A stretch of DNA of 63,845 nt, the filler included, from Polymyxa betae A26-41 (Eukaryota > Protista > Endomyxa: Phytomyxea): NCBI GenBank assembly GCA_003693705.1. It is 8 parts of 8 records of this genome, joined end to end, with 100 filler letters (N's around TTAATTAATTAA, not from the genome) between each part and the next. Parts side by side here need not be neighbours in the genome. Positions count along the whole stretch, not along the records: positions 16,952 to 26,362 come from RBZT01000484.1; positions 26,463 to 43,355 come from RBZT01000472.1; 6 more parts are not named here. One strand, written 5' to 3'. Below, in pieces: positions 24,290 through 35,227 of this stretch. How positions within the stretch are numbered: the stretch's first letter is position 1; each line of letters opens with the position of its first letter. The notes below the pieces were generated by a model. The model did no database searches. It was not told the origin of the DNA and was given only the letters and a program-made list of their open reading frames with translations. Both the position numbers and the translations under genes were made by a program.

Positions 24290-26362
24290 TCAGGAACGGG
24301 GCAACCAAGAGGTAAGGGCTTTTCGCTTTCTTCGGCTTTGTTGTTTCTCTGCTTGACTGATGTATCTTTTGATTCCAGTTTTTGGTCTTCCCTTTGTTTT
24401 AACTCGGATTGGATTCCGAACAACAACCTGATCATCCGATTCCGCGTTCTGAATATGCTCCTCGGTACGTTGAACTGTGGCGAGGCAAGATTCAAGCGTT
24501 GATTTCACCATATTGAAAGTTGTTTCTCTGCCGGTAGAACACAGAATTAGAGTCTTACAGATAGCAGCGAGTTGAGAAGCCCAGACTTCTTCGCTGCTGC
24601 CATTGCCAACAGGCTGGCTCGGCTTGTTTAAACCGAAGTTAATTATGGTTGACTGACGGGAAGATTTCAAAAACTCTCGGGTCCAGCGTTGATTAAACAT
24701 GATGACTGGACACACAAAAAAAAACGGTTAGTGTGGCGGAAAACCCAGAGAACGTGCCTGCAGACGATGCCATGCCAAACATGTTTTCGGCAAGAACATG
24801 TAGTTCGCTCAATAACTTCTGGATCGAATATGACGACCCGGAACTTGTTAGGAAAGTCCTTGTGATTTAACCGGAATTTGAATTTCGACTCTGGGTCAAC
24901 ATGACATTCGTAAGACAGAGATAAGTTGGACTCGACTCTTAACAGCGAGCCCGCATAAGCAGTCAGCGTTTTCAGTGAATCGTCAACCATTGGATCAGCA
25001 GTAAGCGTTACCATTTTGTCGTTAATGGAAGCACGAATGATTTTGGAGGCTGTAGCCTTTTCAACGCGTTCGAAACCGTCGATAATTCTTGCCAACGTCA
25101 AGTTAGAAACCAGAGAACACTTAACCTGGTAGTTCACCATCTCCTGACGTTGTGTCGACGATATTCCAGCCACAAAGTGACTGTGAATGTAGGCGAAAGC
25201 CCATTTTTCTTGTCTAGCCTTAAGTGTAGCCAGATATGAAGACGCTTCTTCCCATCGACCCTCCATGAGCTGAATTCAAGGAGGTTCTCCTCCACGTCTT
25301 CAATGGCACCCACGCGCCAGAAGTCGTCCAAGAAGTCGCTCAGCTTCGACCGCAAAATGGATCCCAGAGCACGATTGATATTTTGTGCGATGTGAAACCG
25401 ACAAAGAAGATGCACGGATTGTGGCCAGGTCTGTTGAATTGCGCGAGCCAACTCGGTATCGCCGTCCGAAAATATCACCACGGGATCCAGACGAGTGGAG
25501 ATGCGGAATTTCTCAAGGACCCAGCAATAGGATTCACACCTTTCATTCGAAACAAGACTCCCCCAATAAGCGTGGTCAGACCGTTGTTGTCCACTACAGT
25601 GAACAGAATCAAAGGCATGCCGAACCTGTAGCAATGTCAGCTGCGTCCTAGTTCAGAATTTAAATGCCTGCACCTATTGGTCTTATATGTCGCGTCAATC
25701 TCTAAGACATCGTTGAAGCACAAGTATTTTTGCTTTCCTGTGGCCGAAATCCAAAAAATTCGCGCTCAAGTCTAAGGGATGTCTTATTTAAATCTTGAAA
25801 CACTTCCCATCCTTCTGCCGCTCTGTCCTCCAGCATCTTAACGAATTGATGAGCTTCGTGCATTCTGTTGCAAAACTTCTGGAACAAGTTTTGGACGTCT
25901 CGAACGCACCAAGTAACCGCAACATCAGGGAATTCCTCCTTTTCGATACGAGTCATTATTTGAGAGCACGTTAAGACCCCGTGCTCGTTCAATTCGATCA
26001 TCTTTGCTTGTATATCATCAGGGATGAAGCGGTTTTGTGGCAACGCTGCGAGTTCGTCCGGACTAAATAGTTCGTGATTGTGCTTGTTTGCAACCTCATA
26101 AACTTCATACTGATATGAATCTGAAGCGAGAACGAAACGGAGACGGACGTAGAATGGACAATCACATTTTCCACTGGGTTTCAGTCTCTGGGAGTCTTCT
26201 GGAACACTAGACTTTTTCCGTTCGTAGACTCCGCTTCGAAAACACAAGAATCTCACATATTTTAGCTTTTTTGCGCTTTGCTGTTTCAGAGGACAACCAG
26301 CAAACTGGACACATGCCTTACGGGCCAACTCGAGTGAGTCGAAAACTGCCCCGACGTAAATT
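24290..26362 (-). mobile_element. MULE/FAR1-like transposase with SWIM finger, frameshifted, with a 48-nt intron (25626-25673)
   Basis: FAR1-type CFRSG..KCDCPF..HNHEL; IDATYKTNR|FGMPL (first D); VIFSDGD (second D); LLCRFH; STQRQE (E); SWIM CSC..GIVCRH; C-terminal KGRPK. Confidence 0.92.
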
Positions 26363-26462
26363 NNNNNNNNNNNNNNNNNNNNNNNNNNNNNNNNNNNNNN
26401 NNNNNNTTAATTAATTAANNNNNNNNNNNNNNNNNNNNNNNNNNNNNNNNNNNNNNNNNNNN
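26363..26462. other. Artificial contig linker
   Basis: N44-TTAATTAATTAA-N44. Confidence 0.98.
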
Positions 26463-26809
26463 GGAGTTAGAGATATCTGTCAACCGATCCTCCTTAACTG
26501 TACCGATATATAAACTAGCGATCACTTCGCCCTTTGTTCTGCTTTGTGTTCTACGCTCGTGTTCTGTTTTCTGTAATGTTATCATATTATAATGGGCAAT
26601 TCAGCTGTTTCTCGGCTATCCCATGCAACTCACTCTTTCTCGAACGAGTAGGGACCCTGATATAAAAGGGGCCCAAGCGCCAGACGCAATGTTAACCCTC
26701 CCAGCTGGCTAGTCTATGGGTGACGAGCAAATGGTAGAAGTTCAAGTTTGTACTGTTAATGATCGAGACCAGAATCAAAGATCCCATAAGAATCTCATCT
26801 CACAGAGAT

Positions 26810-27050
26810 GGGCCGCGCCTCTATGTCATTGATGTCGTTGTAGAGAATCCCTAGAACAATATCCGTACAGTGTAACATTATCGGGCTTCTATGGAAATGT
26901 TGTTATAAAGGGTGGGCCGCGCCGCCATGTCATTGATGTCGTTGTAGAGAATCTATAGAGCAATATCCGTACAAAGTAACAATATCGGGCTTCTATGGAG
27001 ATGTCGTTATAGAGGGGTGGACAACGCCGCCATGTCATTGATGTCGTTAT
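26810..27050. repeat. Tandem repeat, ~104-bp unit, ~2.3 copies
   Basis: ATGTCATTGATGTCGTT occurs three times; CAATATCCGTAC..ATCGGGCTTCTATGGA occurs twice. Confidence 0.9.
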
Positions 27051-27622
27051 AGGGAGGGAGACCTGTATGAAGTGTTACCCAATCAATGACATTAATACAG
27101 AGTCGATAGCGTTAACAACCATATCGGTATTGGAGAGCAGCCCCCATTGTCTGAGACCAAGAGATGATCGCTTCCAGTCTTCTATTGTGTCAGATTTGAC
27201 TATTAATTGCTTGATTTATGGCGGCTTGTGATTAGTTCTGCACGAAATCCATCTTTGTCGATCAGAAGTTGATGATCCAGACCCTTAACTCAATCGTCGG
27301 CCGATAGACAGTCATAGGGTTCAGCGAAAAATTACCCTCACATGGTTTCAATGCTCACTGGGTTTAGAGAAACATCACTGCAAGTTAACAGGTTGAGTTC
27401 TGGCTTTCGTCAAATCCAATTATGGTAGACAACGTGTAATGACCAAATAAACAAAGAAGAAATCAATTCCTTGTCCATACTAAGAGATCCATCCATCCTA
27501 TTGACAATGGTTCACATAATCATATGAATGTTGTAGTAATATTGGCTATTCGGACGTCTCTATTCATTTGAGGTGGAATATATCGGAGGTCGCACATATC
27601 ACTTCATTCTTTTTTTGCAGAT

Positions 27623-28470
27623 ATGACAGCTCTTTCTATCAGTATTCGGGATCCACTTAATGGCAGAGGTTTTGACCCTATCGAGAAGCGAACCGATTCT
27701 GGATTACATCAGCCTAGGATTGAGAGGCTGAATAAAGCGACTGCTAACTTGGCCAAAATATCCGGATATCTTCAAAGACACATTGACGGCCAGCAAGCAG
27801 CGAATAGCGTGGTGGATAATCAAATATCCATTGATGTATCGAATCCCGTCTTACCCCCAGTTACAGCTGATTCGACGAAGATGATTGATGGCAGCCTCGT
27901 TTATGGCGATTTTGAAGTTCATCTTAGGCGCAGAGGATGGAGCGTAGGAAACATCAGGCTAATCCAGGTGGCCCAGGTCCTTATTGATTTGGATCCCGAA
28001 CTCCGCTCCGAGTGGTTGCAGCTCGTTGATGGAGCAAATTTCCACTCAATGGCGACTCTTTCATTCTCACCATCGCCGGGAACTTTCGGGATCGTTCGGG
28101 GTTGTTTTTTGATAACCGGGTGCTCGGAGACAACTTTCCACTTGTGCGTTCTCGCCCCAGAATTGTCCCGGAAGTTTAAAGTCCGTAGATAAAGAGCCGG
28201 ACTTTGGAAGATCCTCAATTCAACCAAACTGGAGCGCCTTGTATACAATCAACTGTATACGCTGCCTTTCGGCTCCAGAATTGTGATTTCTCCGAATCTG
28301 GAACTTCATATCGTAGGAGTGTATCCAGCAGTTGTCGAATCAGCCAAGAGGAGATGGCGAATGTCGGCTCTCCGCAAATGGATGAAACATTTTACACGAT
28401 CAAAGCGCTCAGTCTGATTATAATGTGTCGGGAGGTTTTATCCAGACTGTATTGGACAGTGCAATCTCAG
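27623..28470 (+). pseudogene. Unknown-function gene, paralog A; premature TAA at 28190-28192
   Basis: Homologous to 33899-34824. TAA stands where paralog B has GAA, and similarity continues past the stop (LYTLPFGS...CREVLS). Confidence 0.7.
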
Positions 28471-29573
28471 AGATGTTATGATCAACATTGCGACCCATCC
28501 TGAATTTCTGATTGCGTGTTCATCGGACGAAACGAATCGTGAGCATAGAATTTGATCCGCTCAAACGAAACTATTCAGACACCAGGTCCAGAAAGCCGAA
28601 GAATCGCCACTGCTCCGAATCACGCCGATAGTCTCAATTTCTATACAGCATTAGCTGCAGGATCTCGGTCTGGAATCCTCATCATAAGAGACAGCTGATA
28701 TCACTGACTTGCCTTCTTCGCATCACATTTGTTTCATCTTTATTAAAAATATCAATGGGCTGGGATATCTGTTGTTTCTGTATCAGTGGAGCCACAGAAA
28801 ACCTGTCATCAGGCTGTGCTTGATTTTCGATCGTCTTTGGAGAATGAATTTCAGAATAATCGAACCCATCGCCGAACTCGGACTGGGTATCGCAATCTGG
28901 ACCCTATCCGCGGTCTTCTTCGCCTTCTAGCAAATCGCCGCGGTAACATTTGCAACTGCTGATGATTGGCAGTGGCTCAAGATTGTACAGAGAGAGTGCG
29001 ACCCCATCGATGACCCCATCACCCCACATTGCTCAACACGTTTTCGGCTCTGCTTTTGCTGATCTGGCCACGACCAATGGCGAGAACATTAGCGACGGAT
29101 TCGATTGCTACAGCTCTAATATAAAGGCGCCATTCATCCGGTGATGACAACAGCCATGTTGGAGAATTCATTCGAGCTCTGAAATCTTCTGCTTTAATTA
29201 ACCTCTCCTAATTCAAGCATGCAAGTTGTATGGGATGCCCTTAGAACAGAATCTGTTTCAGCGACAATCTGAGAAAGTTCAATTATCATAGATGAGGTCA
29301 TGATACGGCTTACGCTCGGGATGGTCTAAACTTGCAGAATTCTTCAGTTATACTGGACATCATCTCATTATAGAAGTCCACCCATTAATAACCCGGATGC
29401 AGGTCATTGACTGATCGCTCACAGTGTTATTTCCGTTGCATGAACCTAGGCCGGAAACCCTAAACCCTATTTCCCGGAGCTCCTTATCTCTATCAAGGTA
29501 TGTGCAAGAAGCGTCTGCAACGCATGTAGCATTACCAGCGAGAATGATCCGATCTAATGATATTAAGAACGTG

Positions 29574-29738
29574 TTCGGTTGGCATTGAGTTACGCCCCTA
29601 GAGCCCATCAAACCCTTCAGACAACCGCTTCGGTTGGCATTGAGTTACGCCCCTAGAGCCCATCAAACCCTTTAGACAACCGCTTCGGTTGGCATTGAGT
29701 TACGCCCCCAGAGCCCATCAAACCCTTCAGACAACCGC
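29574..29738. repeat. Minisatellite, 3 x 55 bp, near-perfect
   Basis: TTCGGTTGGCATTGAGTTACGCCCCTAGAGCCCATCAAACCCTTCAGACAACCGC at 29574, 29629 and 29684, with no spacers. Confidence 0.97.
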
Positions 29739-31374
29739 AACAAAAAATCTGTAATAATTGATCTACTCTCCCGAAACTAAAATCCAACAAAAATATGGAG
29801 ACATGAATGCAAGCAGAACCTGGATTTCCTATACAAATAGATACAGCTCGTGGACCATACATGGATGGACATAAGTTGAGAGAATTCGGTGAAGTTTGGA
29901 GGAGGCCGAATATCAACTGGATGCCATTTGTTAAAGAAGCTTTGGAACTCCGCTGTTACATCAGCAGCAGCTGTTTCTTCGGCGTCGCAATATGAAAGGC
30001 GTATTTCTTGTTTTAGGGAGAGTCGTGACCGTTTTTGACCAGAAAGGGGACTCTTAAAGTTTTAAACTGCAACGGCGACCTGTGAACTTGTGACTTTTTC
30101 TCAGAAGTATCGCTCAAAGGTAGAATTCACAGGCTGTGTTTTGGAGGAGAGATCCGCGGATCATTCGTTGAATTTGAAGCGAATCTGAATTACAGAAAAC
30201 GAGTAACGAAACGTCTTTCAGCAGTTCGATTTTATCAACAAACAGGAGTCTGTAACATCCGTTTCATCAGGCGCACGATTGGCTCTGGTTAAAGAATTAA
30301 TCCAGTTTTTTTTTTCAGCGCCGTCCGCTATCGTTCCATGTTCAGTCTCATTCAGAGACTAATCTCGAAAAACGAGGCGAAGTTGACAGCAAGGCTGATT
30401 GTTGGGTCATCGGACGGATCATTCAGCGGTACGAGATGCCTTCTCAGCGCAGCATCCATTTCATTCCCGGATTCCGGACTTCCTCTAGTAATGCGAACGC
30501 ATGACAGATCACAATTTGACACCCGAAAGTGTCTGAAATATGATCTAGGAGTGCCTTTCTGATCTACCAATGTTTTACATACCGATTGCAATACCCGTTT
30601 TATCAATGAAAACCCATCATTACAATCATTGTTGAGAATTTCATAAAATTGAGGGCGGTTTGACTCTATCAAAAGCTTGAAAGAAACATTATGTCCACCA
30701 GACGGTCCTATTAAATCTGATTGCAGATAGTGTTAAGTTGTTATACACCACGACAAACCTGCATGAAAACTACAGAGCCTGCGCCATCAGCATCCTAATC
30801 AGAGCATTTCAACGGAGCGTTTGATTAGAAGGATATGGTTGGTAACATTACAATTGTGACGTCTTTGTTGTACTAAGCCTACTTGTATTATAGCCTCGAG
30901 AGGCGATTGAGGCTGATCAAGCGATGCCCACGAGGGATCAGAGCTCTTTCATTGCTTCTGGAAAAAGCCTTCATTCCGATTGTTCATGTCGAACACACAT
31001 TTTACTGATTGGTTCCAGCATCCTGGTTTGAACCAATTTCTGGGTGTGGAGGTGTAGGGACGGAGCCGGTACGTCCGCGCAAGCGTTTGCTTTTGAATCT
31101 AAGAAGGATTTATTGACAGATCGTGTAGTTAATGGGACCTGGGGTACCCCGAACGGGGTCCAGTTCTCTCCGTATCCGTCCTAATTCTGGATATCGCTTA
31201 GACTGTACTGAAGCGGACGCCATAATTCTGTAATCAGTGCCAATTTCATAGGGCCTAACCCTAAACGCTTTCTGCTATAACAATCTGTATGAAGTTCCTC
31301 CCTTATCCACAGTCTTACAATGATTCGAATCTGTGCTACATCTGTTGTGAGCGCACTATTCAAACTATCATCTC

Positions 31375-31755
31375 ATGACGCTTCTTGTCTCTATCTCTCT
31401 CCTGGTATTGGCTTGTCTTGCCACATCGGCGAGGAGCCATCCAGATCTGAGGCCCATCCAGTTATTCATCATGATATGTTCGGCTCCCAAACGGATTCGG
31501 CGACAAACTCGAAGACGGCATGCCCGTCAGTCGTCGCAAGGCTCATCTGGGAAGGCCTGGAATAAGGCGATCGTCTGGCTGTTGGTGTCTTGTACAGTTG
31601 CTCAGTTCATGATCAAACAAATCCCCGAGGCGGTCACCATGCTGGCATGCTTCGTTCTCGTGATCGAAATCGGCACTTTGCCTCTATACAATGCCACACG
31701 TCAGTGTGATAATCTCGCTATTGAGGCTCCTCGTCAAAGCTCATGTCCGCCATGA
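31375..31755 (+). CDS. Small hypothetical secreted or membrane protein
   Basis: MTLLVSISLLVLACLATSA is signal-peptide-like; a basic tract and two hydrophobic segments follow. Confidence 0.4.
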   Translation: MTLLVSISLLVLACLATSARSHPDLRPIQLFIMICSAPKRIRRQTRRRHARQSSQGSSGKAWNKAIVWLLVSCTVAQFMIKQIPEAVTMLACFVLVIEIGTLPLYNATRQCDNLAIEAPRQSSCPP

Positions 31756-33898
31756 TGGACTTTCTCACGTCTGTAAAATTACATGAGGTTTTTCTCAATA
31801 CTTTTTGTATATTTCAGCATTTTTCTCGTTTTTAACAAAATTTCCCAAATTTTGCATTTTATTGTGCTTGTTTACTGATTGATGTTTTTGTTGAGCGATT
31901 CCATGATATCATGATGGGTCCTCGAACATTCCCAGCTGCTCCGGTTTTACATAAATGGCATTGGGCGCAGATTGTCGTCATCAACATGCTGAAGACCATC
32001 TCTTCGATCTCGGTAAGAAAATTTGAAAGCGTTTTCCACCATGATCGTCCAGATTGACTGAGTCCGTATTTAATGCCAAGTTTACTCGTACTGTTCGGCA
32101 ACCGCTGTCTGACCGGTCGGACAAGTTTCGGATCATTACACCGAACGTGCTCTCGCCCCCATCATTACAGCTATATTGGCATTCATGGTGATCTCTCACA
32201 ACTGCTGTTCTCTTATACTTGCCGAAATGTCGTGGTGATCTTTGTCAAAAAGCACTGTTCAAGAACTCGTTATTAACGCGGCTTTCATAGGATCGGCAGC
32301 GTTGACGTTTGGCGTGCGTTATATCCCTGGACACAATCAACATCTGGGGATGCAGCGAGTATCTCTTCAGCTTCTGATCATCTCTATGGCTCAAACACCA
32401 ATCTTAATTCTCGGGCATAAAATCATGAAAGGAACTCCAGCAAACCTTACTTTGTTCGTAACAACATCAGAACTAAGACGAGGCAGTCGGCAGATGAAAG
32501 CACGGTGTCCACCCAAAACCCTAAACCCTAATGGCTCTATCAAGCCAGAATCTGAACCAGGTGTCTATAGCGGATAGACGACAGAATCGGGATTCTCAGA
32601 ACCGAGTCGCGATTCTGAGATCTGATAAACTACAATCACGCAGAACGATCTTCGACCCATCATCGAATCCACGAGCTGGAAACCAGATCGTAATCTCAGC
32701 TGATCGAAGATGAAGGCGCAGCGGATCGTTTTTCCTGATGACAGATCTTGGCGGAGGCGTTCATCCAGGTCCAAATTGATTGTATCAAGAGTCTATCCCA
32801 ATCCATCCTCTGATCGTCTGATTCAGGACCCTTCTCTCACCATTCCACTTGAGACAGAAGATGAGAATCATCATATTGCCGTTCCCATTGGAAATACCCC
32901 ATCATGCGACAATCAGACACCTGGGTCTGTCACACTCTGCTCAATTTCTACAGGATTGAATCTGAGAGGATAATGGATATTCTCGTAACAATGTTATGCT
33001 GGCAGATAATGTTACATTTTTCAGTTTGACTTTTCTGTATGCTGTCCAGCAAATGAATAGGTTTGGCTCCCGTTGCAGTTTGTGACTGGCAAAATTGGCT
33101 TCTGATTTGAAAGTATTCTTTTTATAGAAACTTGTTAAGCGAAGTTCAAAAAGTGGACAGTTTTCTAACAGTTTGTGCATTAATGTCAGTGACATTATCA
33201 ATTGCAATATTGAAACGAAGCTTTGGGTGAAACAGCGTTATTGAAAACTCGTAATAATCACCTTGATGATGGGCAGAAATCGAATCAATCATCATTGCAA
33301 CATTCCCTCTAAGAAACAGTAACAATCTGCATGCAGCTCCATCATATAGCTTCAAACGTTGATCAGGTAATTTCAAGTTGAAATTGGTTCATTATGGATC
33401 TTTGAGGTAGATAATGGAAGTCAATCAGAGCCTTGTAGCTATCACCACCATGTATGGTGGTGATGGTCTGATGCCGTTTTGTGTCTGAGTCTTTGATGTG
33501 AATGGTCGTTATGCCTGACTTGACTAACTCTCAAACAGAGCGAAGGTAGCCTTCTAGATAGCCCAGGCCCATCTCCGAGCTGATCTTGGGAACACAAAAC
33601 CTGCGTCATGTTATGTTCTTTGTTCATCGTCATGAATAAATGCCAAATCATTGCTTGTTAACAGGTTGAGTTCTGATTTTCGTCAAGTCTCATTGTGGTA
33701 GACAGCGTTTATGACGAAATAAACAAAGAAGAAATTAACTCCTTGTCAGTACTAAGAGATCCCTCGATCCTATTGACAATGAATGGTTCACATAATCATA
33801 TGAATGTTGTAGTAATATTGGCTATTCGGACGTCTCTATTCATTTGAGGTGGAATATATCGGAGGTCGCACATATCACTTCATTCTTTTTTTGCAGAT

Positions 33899-34824
33899 AT
33901 GACAGCTCTTTCTATCAGTATTCGGGATCCACTTAATGGCAGAATCTTTGACCCTATCGAGAAGCGAACCGATTTTAGGTTACATCAGCCTAAGATTGAG
34001 AGGCTGAATAAAGCGACTGCTAACTTGACTAAAATATCAGAAAGTCTTCTTGAACACAATGACGGCCAGCAAGCAGAGAATGGCGTGGTGAAGAATCAAA
34101 TATCCAGTGATGTATCGATGCCCTTCTTACCCCCAGTTACAGCTGATTCTTCCAAAATGATTGATGGCAGCGTCGTCTATGGCGATTTTGCTGTCGAACT
34201 CGTTCGCAACGCATGCAAGGCAGGAACCATCACGCTAATCCAGGTGGCCCAGGTTCATATTAATATGGATCACGAGCTCCGCTCCGATTTCTTGCAGCTC
34301 GTTAATGGGGCAGATTTCAGCTCAATGGTGAATTTATCATTCTCACCATCCCCAGCAACGTTTGGGTCCGTTCGGGATTGCGTTTTAATTTTCAGGTGCT
34401 CGAACAAAATGTTCCACCTGCGTGTTCTATCTCCTGAACTGACGCTAAAACTGAAAGTCCGCAGAGAACGAACCGGACTTCTGAAGATCTTCAAGTTTAC
34501 GAAAATGGAGCGCCTCCTATACAATCAACTGTATACGCTGCCATTCGGATCCAGCATTTCTCATTACTCCAGATCTGAAACTTCGAATCGATGGAGTGTT
34601 GCCATCTGCTGTTGAATCAGCCAAGAAGAAAAATGGCGAATGTCGGTTCTCCACCGATGGGTGAAAAATTTGAAATGATGAAGGCGTTCATTCTGATTAT
34701 AATCTGTCGGGAGGTTTTATCCAAACTGCATTGGACAGCACTATATCACAAATGGTATGATGGATCAGCTGTTCTATATTGTCGTGGATCTACATTACAT
34801 AGCTCATCATCCATCGTCCTCTAA
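33899..34824 (+). pseudogene. Unknown-function gene, paralog B; frameshift near 34560-34615
   Basis: Same N-terminus as paralog A (MTALSISIRDPLNGR). The downstream homologous block (MANVGSP...CREVLS) is in another frame. Confidence 0.7.
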
Positions 34825-35149
34825 GCACAAGCTCTGGATTTCTTTGTCTGAGATGCTTTTCTTCTCATCAGCTGCTGTTGTCTGTAACTATCTCAAACTC
34901 ATGATATCGATTCGAGATCTTATGACATGGAAGATTCGTACAATATTTCATTTCGATCTATTAAATCTTCTGCTTCATTCAATTTGTTCTGCCTGTTGAC
35001 GCGTTCAAGATGTCCTGAAGAGCATGCAGCTGATCAGAATTGGATTTCGAAAGAAGGACGAAAGCGAACCGTTCAATATCCCGACCTGTTGCAGTCGTAG
35101 GTCGACGTCATATTCTAAAAATCATCGGCCATGACAAGAGATATAAAAG

Positions 35150-35227
35150 AAAAAAATCAAAAATATCACGTTATAGGGTCAAATTTCACATTATAAGACC
35201 CTATAGCGTGATATTTTTGATTTTTTT
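35150..35227. repeat. Inverted repeat / hairpin, 31-bp arms, 16-nt loop
   Basis: AAAAAAATCAAAAATATCACGTTATAGGGTC ... GACCCTATAGCGTGATATTTTTGATTTTTTT, one mismatch. Confidence 0.9.

Noticed and set aside
29574-29738. CRISPR-like array
   Set aside because: Units are contiguous with no unique spacers, there are no cas genes, and the context is eukaryotic.
29750-33650. Several short ORFs as an operon-like or viral cassette
   Set aside because: No recognisable viral, polinton, Fanzor/TnpB or Helitron motifs; fragments look like decayed sequence.
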